Origin: Rhizobiaceae bacterium
GTDB lineage: Bacteria; Pseudomonadota; Alphaproteobacteria; Rhizobiales; Rhizobiaceae
Direction of reading: 5' to 3'
Assembly (NCBI GenBank): GCA_036520515.1
Contig: DATDJN010000109.1
Location: 1-41,887, forward strand
Length of the DNA stretch: 41,887 bases
In this document: positions 35,721 to 41,887 of the stretch, in pieces
Layout: every line of letters begins with the position of its first letter
How positions within the stretch are numbered: position 1 is the stretch's first letter
Program-made: the position numbers and the translations under genes
The notes under the pieces: model-generated
What the model was told of the DNA's origin: nothing
What the model saw: only the letters and a program-made list of their open reading frames with translations
Databases searched by the model: none

Positions 35721-37052
35721 ATGGCAGAGAAGCCGCGCACCTACAATTGGACCCAATCCATCGACACCCGTACGGACCGAATCTCCCGGTTTGGCTATGC
35801 TTTCATGCTGTTGTGCGTCGGCGGATTTGCCTTGTGGGCTTCCACCGCCCCGCTAGCCAGCGCCACCATCGCGCCCGGCTACGTTGCCGCTGCCGGGCAG
35901 AATATTCTGATCCAGCACCTTGAAGGCGGGATCATCAAGACGATCAGCGCTCGGGAGGGGGACCGCGTCGAAGCGGGGCAACCCCTGCTGACGCTGGATT
36001 CGACGACGGCCGAGGCGCAGCTCAACCGCCTGCTGAAGCAGCTCGCGGCTCTGCGCGCCAAGTCGATGCGGCTGGAAGCGGAGCGCGACCTTAAGGCCAA
36101 GCTGGTCATTCCGGCAGATATCGTGCGCAGTTCGCACGGCGACGGTTTTCCTGACGTCGTCGCCGAACAGCAAGTCGAGTTCGACGCAAACTATGCTCGC
36201 TACGTCGCCGAACGCGAAATCCTCAAGCAGCGCATCCAGGCGCTCGACGACGCCGCGGTAGGCCTCGACGAGCAGAAAAAGGCGAGCCAGAACCAGTTGA
36301 AAATTGTCCGCGAGGAGATCGAGCGCAAGAAGCAGTTGCTCGAGGACGGCCTCACCAACCGCACGGAATACACCAACCTGCTGCGCGCCGAGGCGGAACT
36401 GCTCGGCCAGGTAGGCTCGCTGCAGTCGCAGATCGCCAGCTCCCTGACGCAGGTCGTCGAGACAAAGCAGCAGATAGAACGTCTTACGACGATGCGCGTC
36501 GAGAACGCGGTCACCGAGCTAAACAAGGAGCGGACAACAATTGCCGACATCGACGAATTGGCGCGCGCCGCGCAGGCGATCCTCGATCGCACCGTCATTC
36601 GCGCGCCGGCCGACGGCATCATCGTGCGTTCGGTGCACAACTCTCCGCAGGCCGTCATCCGGGCAGGTGAGCCCTTCATGGAAATACTGCCGACCTCCGA
36701 TCGACTGGTGATCGAAGCCCGCATCAGCCCGCATGACATCGACACGCTGCGGCCTGGCCAGCAGGCGCGCCTACATTTCTCGGCGCTCAATGCGCGCATA
36801 ACGCCGGAAGTGGATGGCACTGTCAGCTACATCTCGGCCGACCGGCTGGTCGACCAGGCCTCAGGCCAGCCCTTCTACACCGTCCGGCTCAAGATCACCG
36901 ACGATTTGCCGCCGGAACTCTCGCGCGAAAAGATCTATCCGGGCATGCCAGTCGAAATCTATATCTCGACGGGCGACCGCACCTTCGTCGAGTACCTCGT
37001 CAGGCCGTTGCTGGACTCTTTCGGTCGCGCCTTCCGCGAGTCAGATATCTAG
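35721..37052 (+). CDS. HlyD-family type I secretion membrane fusion protein
   Basis: [45 protein letters not shown]. Confidence 0.94.
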   Translation: MAEKPRTYNWTQSIDTRTDRISRFGYAFMLLCVGGFALWASTAPLASATIAPGYVAAAGQNILIQHLEGGIIKTISAREGDRVEAGQPLLTLDSTTAEAQLNRLLKQLAALRAKSMRLEAERDLKAKLVIPADIVRSSHGDGFPDVVAEQQVEFDANYARYVAEREILKQRIQALDDAAVGLDEQKKASQNQLKIVREEIERKKQLLEDGLTNRTEYTNLLRAEAELLGQVGSLQSQIASSLTQVVETKQQIERLTTMRVENAVTELNKERTTIADIDELARAAQAILDRTVIRAPADGIIVRSVHNSPQAVIRAGEPFMEILPTSDRLVIEARISPHDIDTLRPGQQARLHFSALNARITPEVDGTVSYISADRLVDQASGQPFYTVRLKITDDLPPELSREKIYPGMPVEIYISTGDRTFVEYLVRPLLDSFGRAFRESDI

Positions 37053-37256
37053 GCAAGCGCGAAGTGCTCCCGCGTGAGCTTGGTGTCACCTCGGGTCAGT
37101 GCGACATGATTCCGGCAAGCGAGCAAGATCGCCATCCGTGCCCAATCCTTTCAAGGTGGATTTCAGCATGGATGAATACCCGTGGATTGGCGCGCCTGCG
37201 GGCCGGTGTATCGGCAGCGGTAGATCGTAACAGAACCGCAAAAATTCTTGAAAATA

Positions 37257-37332
<76 letters not shown>

Positions 37333-37348
37333 GGAAAATCAGGCCGGA

Positions 37349-37377
37349 CGTTTAAGCATTTCAGCTCGGGTCCGCAA
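37349..37377 (-). promoter_or_regulatory. Putative sigma70 promoter of tRNA-Val
   Basis: TTGCGG-N17-TAAACG on the minus strand just upstream of the tRNA. Confidence 0.55.
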
Positions 37378-37559
37378 GGAAAAATCGGCTTGTCTACCGC
37401 TTTCCTCGCGGCAGAGTCCGAGCGCGGGCCGACGCTTTGGCGAGGCCGGGGCCGGTTGTCCCGGGGCCGCCAACGTCGGATCGGACCAGGGGCAGGATCG
37501 TTAAAAAGCGCGAAGCGAATTTCTGATGAATGACATCCCAAAAGATCGGATCGCAGCGC

Positions 37560-37588
37560 TTGACACTCCCTGCCGAACCACTTATCCA
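37560..37588 (+). promoter_or_regulatory. Putative sigma70 promoter of tRNA-Asp
   Basis: TTGACA-N17-TATCCA followed by a GC-rich discriminator, typical of alphaproteobacterial stable-RNA promoters. Confidence 0.6.
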
Positions 37589-37631
37589 GCCGCCAACGAC
37601 GCAACACGCAAACAGGTGCGCGTCGCCAAGC

Positions 37632-37708
37632 GCGGGTGTAGCTCAGTCGGTTAGAGTGCCGGCCTGTCACGCCGGAGGTCGCGGGTTCGAGCCCCGTCAC
37701 TCGCGCCA
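37632..37708 (+). tRNA. tRNA-Asp (GTC)
   Basis: GCGGGTGTAGCTCAGTCGGTTAGAGTGCCGGCCTGTCACGCCGGAGGTCGCGGGTTCGAGCCCCGTCACTCGCGCCA; 77 nt with CCA. Confidence 0.98.
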
Positions 37709-37796
37709 TCTTTCCACAAGATGTCCTGCCAGCTGGAAGTCCGGACGCCCGATCGGCCGGCCGGATGCATGCCTCCCTCGGATTCGACAAAGCTCA

Positions 37797-38063
37797 TCAG
37801 GCTGCCCTGGCGGGATGGTTGCCCTGCTTGTCAGGCTGGGCTGACCGATGACCCTCTCCGCCGCCTGAGCAGGGCGGCAGGATCAGGGCCGCGAGGAGGT
37901 CGTTCTGGCTTCTGACGCCGGTCGCGAAGAGCTCGACGATCTTGACCGCGATCTGCTCTCGTTCCGGCGCTTCCGGCTCGATGCCGGCCAGCCTGCAATA
38001 TGCGTCGACCACGTTCGCCATGGCAGCAACCTGCTGCGGATTTGCGACGGTACCGAACTTCAT
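37797..38063 (-). CDS. Small hypothetical protein
   Basis: GGAGG RBS upstream; helical pattern VVDAYC..GI...EREQIAVKIVELFATGVRS..DLLAAL, resembling small rhizobial hypotheticals. Confidence 0.65.
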   Translation of the reverse strand: MKFGTVANPQQVAAMANVVDAYCRLAGIEPEAPEREQIAVKIVELFATGVRSQNDLLAALILPPCSGGGEGHRSAQPDKQGNHPARAA

Positions 38064-38225
38064 GGCATCCTCCGATGCCCTCTGCCCAAGGCAACAGTAC
38101 GGCTGTTGGTCGGGTTCGACAATAAACTATGCGAATCATTTCTGCTGCCATGCGCCCGCCCGTCATCTTGTGCCGGGCGCGAAGCGAGCCCAGGATGGAG
38201 CGCCATTCGCGGGAGGTACGGGACC

Positions 38226-38567
38226 ATGCGTCGTCACCGGGGAAGATGGGCAGGCACCATGTCTTGCCTGATGGTGGCAATCGCTGCCGGCTTTGCGCTT
38301 CATGGCGGCGAAGCCCATGCCATCAACCGCTACACGTCCACCTCGAAGACCTGCTCCCAGGTCAAGGCGATCATCAGCCGCGAGGGTGCGGCCATCATGC
38401 AGCACCGCTCGCCGCGCACCGGCCTGCCGCTCTACGACCGCTATGTGAAGAATCGCCTCTTCTGCCCGGCGGGCCAGACGACCGACAGGGCCTATATCCC
38501 GACCAGCGATCTGCCGGCCTGCCCGGTCAACCGCTGCGAGGACATCCAGTTCTTCGACATGCGCTGA
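38226..38567 (+). CDS. Small secreted 4-Cys hypothetical protein (paralog A)
   Basis: RBS GGGAGG, signal peptide ending AHA, mature part aligns with the next gene; strong GC3 codon bias. Confidence 0.8.
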   Translation: MRRHRGRWAGTMSCLMVAIAAGFALHGGEAHAINRYTSTSKTCSQVKAIISREGAAIMQHRSPRTGLPLYDRYVKNRLFCPAGQTTDRAYIPTSDLPACPVNRCEDIQFFDMR

Positions 38568-38693
38568 ACGCCGCGCGGGCCGGTTCGGGTTCGTCGTGCC
38601 TCACGCGATTGTCATTCCGGGGGCCGGTGCGCCTTTGCTAGGGTGACCCTGCGGCAGCGTTCCGGACAGGGGTCGCGATCACGGGGGGATTGG

Positions 38694-38996
38694 ATGCGGC
38701 GTCTTGCGGTCATTGTTGCGGTTTTGGTGCTCGCGGGCGAGGCCTGGGCGATCGAGCGCTACCAGACCACCTCGATGAGCTGTGCGCGCGTGCAGGCGGC
38801 GCTGAACTCCGACGGCCAGGCTATCCTGCGCTATCCGGCGCGGGACAATCCGTCCTTGGTGCGTTTCGACCGCTACGTGCGCGACCGCACCTTCTGCGGC
38901 GCGAGCCAGCGGGCCGATCTGCAAAGCGTGCCCGCCGCCGATACCCCGAACTGCCGCGTGCGCAAATGCGTGCGCGCCTCGGGCCAGGGCCGCTAG
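38694..38996 (+). CDS. Small secreted 4-Cys hypothetical protein (paralog B)
   Basis: RBS GGGGGA, signal peptide MRRLAVIVAVLVLAGEAWA, conserved IxRY..S..C..V.A....G.AI..DRYV..R.FC..P..D...C.V..C. Confidence 0.82.
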   Translation: MRRLAVIVAVLVLAGEAWAIERYQTTSMSCARVQAALNSDGQAILRYPARDNPSLVRFDRYVRDRTFCGASQRADLQSVPAADTPNCRVRKCVRASGQGR

Positions 38997-39078
38997 CGCA
39001 ACGCGGCTTCCTCCCTCCGTATCATCGACCGGAATTTCCGCAGCTGAGGCTTAGCCGGACATTCTTGCGGAACAGCGA

Positions 39079-39155
39079 TGGAACGTTCCAATAACCGTTT
39101 GGGTTGCCACGCGGGAGCTTGACAGGGGTTTGGTCGCGGAATTAGATCGTTCCAA
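39079..39155 (+). promoter_or_regulatory. LacI-type operators and sigma70 promoter
   Basis: Perfect palindrome TGGAACGTTCCA (39079-39090). TTGACA at 39119-39124 with a -10 at about 39142-39147, overlapped by a second site TTAGATCGTTCCAA (39142-39155). Confidence 0.75.
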
Positions 39156-39188
39156 AAATTCGGCTCGAACCAAGACTCGGAGGAAAGC

Positions 39189-41227
<2,039 letters not shown>

Positions 41228-41245
41228 TGTATTTGTGCGTCGGCA

Positions 41246-41284
41246 CACCCACCCCTGACTCCTCTCCGCTGTGGGAAGGAGGTG
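41246..41284 (+). repeat. Degenerate alphaproteobacterial CCCCT..CCCTCCCC..GGGGAGGG-type palindromic element
   Basis: ACCCACCCCTGACTCCTCTCCGCTGTGGGAAGGAGGTG, an imperfect hairpin resembling a common rhizobial intergenic repeat. Confidence 0.45.
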
Positions 41285-41307
41285 CAACAGCGCATACGGG
41301 TAGCGAT

Positions 41308-41449
41308 CGTCATTCCGGGGCCGCGCAGCGGAACCCGGAATCCAGAGCGTTGGCTTCGACGGAAGTGCGAGGCGTCGCAAACGCACGGGAATTTCCAGCA
41401 GGGTCCGCACTCTGGATTCCGGGTTCCGCTGCGCGGCCCCGGAATGACG
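41308..41449. repeat. REP/MITE-like element with perfect 40-bp terminal inverted repeats
   Basis: CGTCATTCCGGGGCCGCGCAGCGGAACCCGGAATCCAGAG (41308-41347) and its exact reverse complement (41410-41449) flank a 62-bp spacer. Confidence 0.9.
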
Positions 41450-41483
41450 GCGGAGAACTATCCACCGCTCCGGAATATCGTCC

Positions 41484-41887
41484 ATGAGCAAGCTCGTCAC
41501 CCCGGCCCAGGCTGCGTCGCTCATCGCTGACGGCGCGATCGTGTCGGTATCCTCGTCGTCCGGCCTCGGCTGCCCGGACCTGATGCTGAAGGCGATCGGC
41601 GAACGTTTCGATCGCGAGGGCCATCCGCGCGGCATCACCACGCTGCATCCCATCGCCGCCGGCGACATGAGCGGCATCAAGGGCGTCGACTACATCGCCA
41701 AAAAGGGCCTGCTGAAGACGATCATCGGCGGCTCCTATCCCTCCGGCCCTTCGAGCGCCGAACCGCCGCTGATCTGGCAGATGATCGGCAACGAGGAGGT
41801 CGCCGCCTACAACGTGCCCTCGGGCATCATGTTCGACATGCACCGCGAGGCCGCCGCAAAGCGTCCCGGCGTGCTCACCAAGGTCGG
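41484..41887 (+). CDS. Acyl-CoA:acetate/3-ketoacid CoA transferase (YdiF-like), 3' truncated by window
   Basis: Not in the ORF track. Manual translation MSKLVTPAQAASLIADGAIVSVSSSSGLGCPD...HPIAAGD...GLLKTIIGGSYP...AYNVPSGIMFDMHREAAAKRPGVLTKV. Confidence 0.85.
   Translation, partial: MSKLVTPAQAASLIADGAIVSVSSSSGLGCPDLMLKAIGERFDREGHPRGITTLHPIAAGDMSGIKGVDYIAKKGLLKTIIGGSYPSGPSSAEPPLIWQMIGNEEVAAYNVPSGIMFDMHREAAAKRPGVLTKV

Overview
GC-rich alphaproteobacterial (Rhizobiales, Mesorhizobium/Phyllobacteriaceae-like) DNA. About 1-37,050 is one large Wzx/Wzy-type surface-polysaccharide locus abutting the 3' end of tRNA-Val. It holds a partial rmlC, an atypical LuxR-family regulator, OPX export, flippase, polymerase, split co-polymerase/tyrosine kinase, a priming transferase and six further glycosyltransferases. 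Sugar supply comes from wecB/wecC and a six-gene amino-sugar operon (2 aminotransferases, 2 acyltransferases, dehydrogenase, SDR). A type I secretion pair and a beta-helix/RTX protein are also present. The most unusual element is a co-oriented unit of GNAT-like protein, adenylating ligase, BtrK-like PLP decarboxylase, ACP, GT2 and deacetylase. It looks like a carrier-protein assembly line for amino-acyl decoration of the glycan (inference). Right of the divergent tRNA-Val/tRNA-Asp pair lies core-like DNA: small hypothetical genes (two tandem 4-Cys secreted paralogs), a LacI regulator with a visible operator, 1,5-anhydro-D-fructose reductase, palindromic repeats and a partial CoA transferase. 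All calls come from motif recognition by eye; no searches were run.
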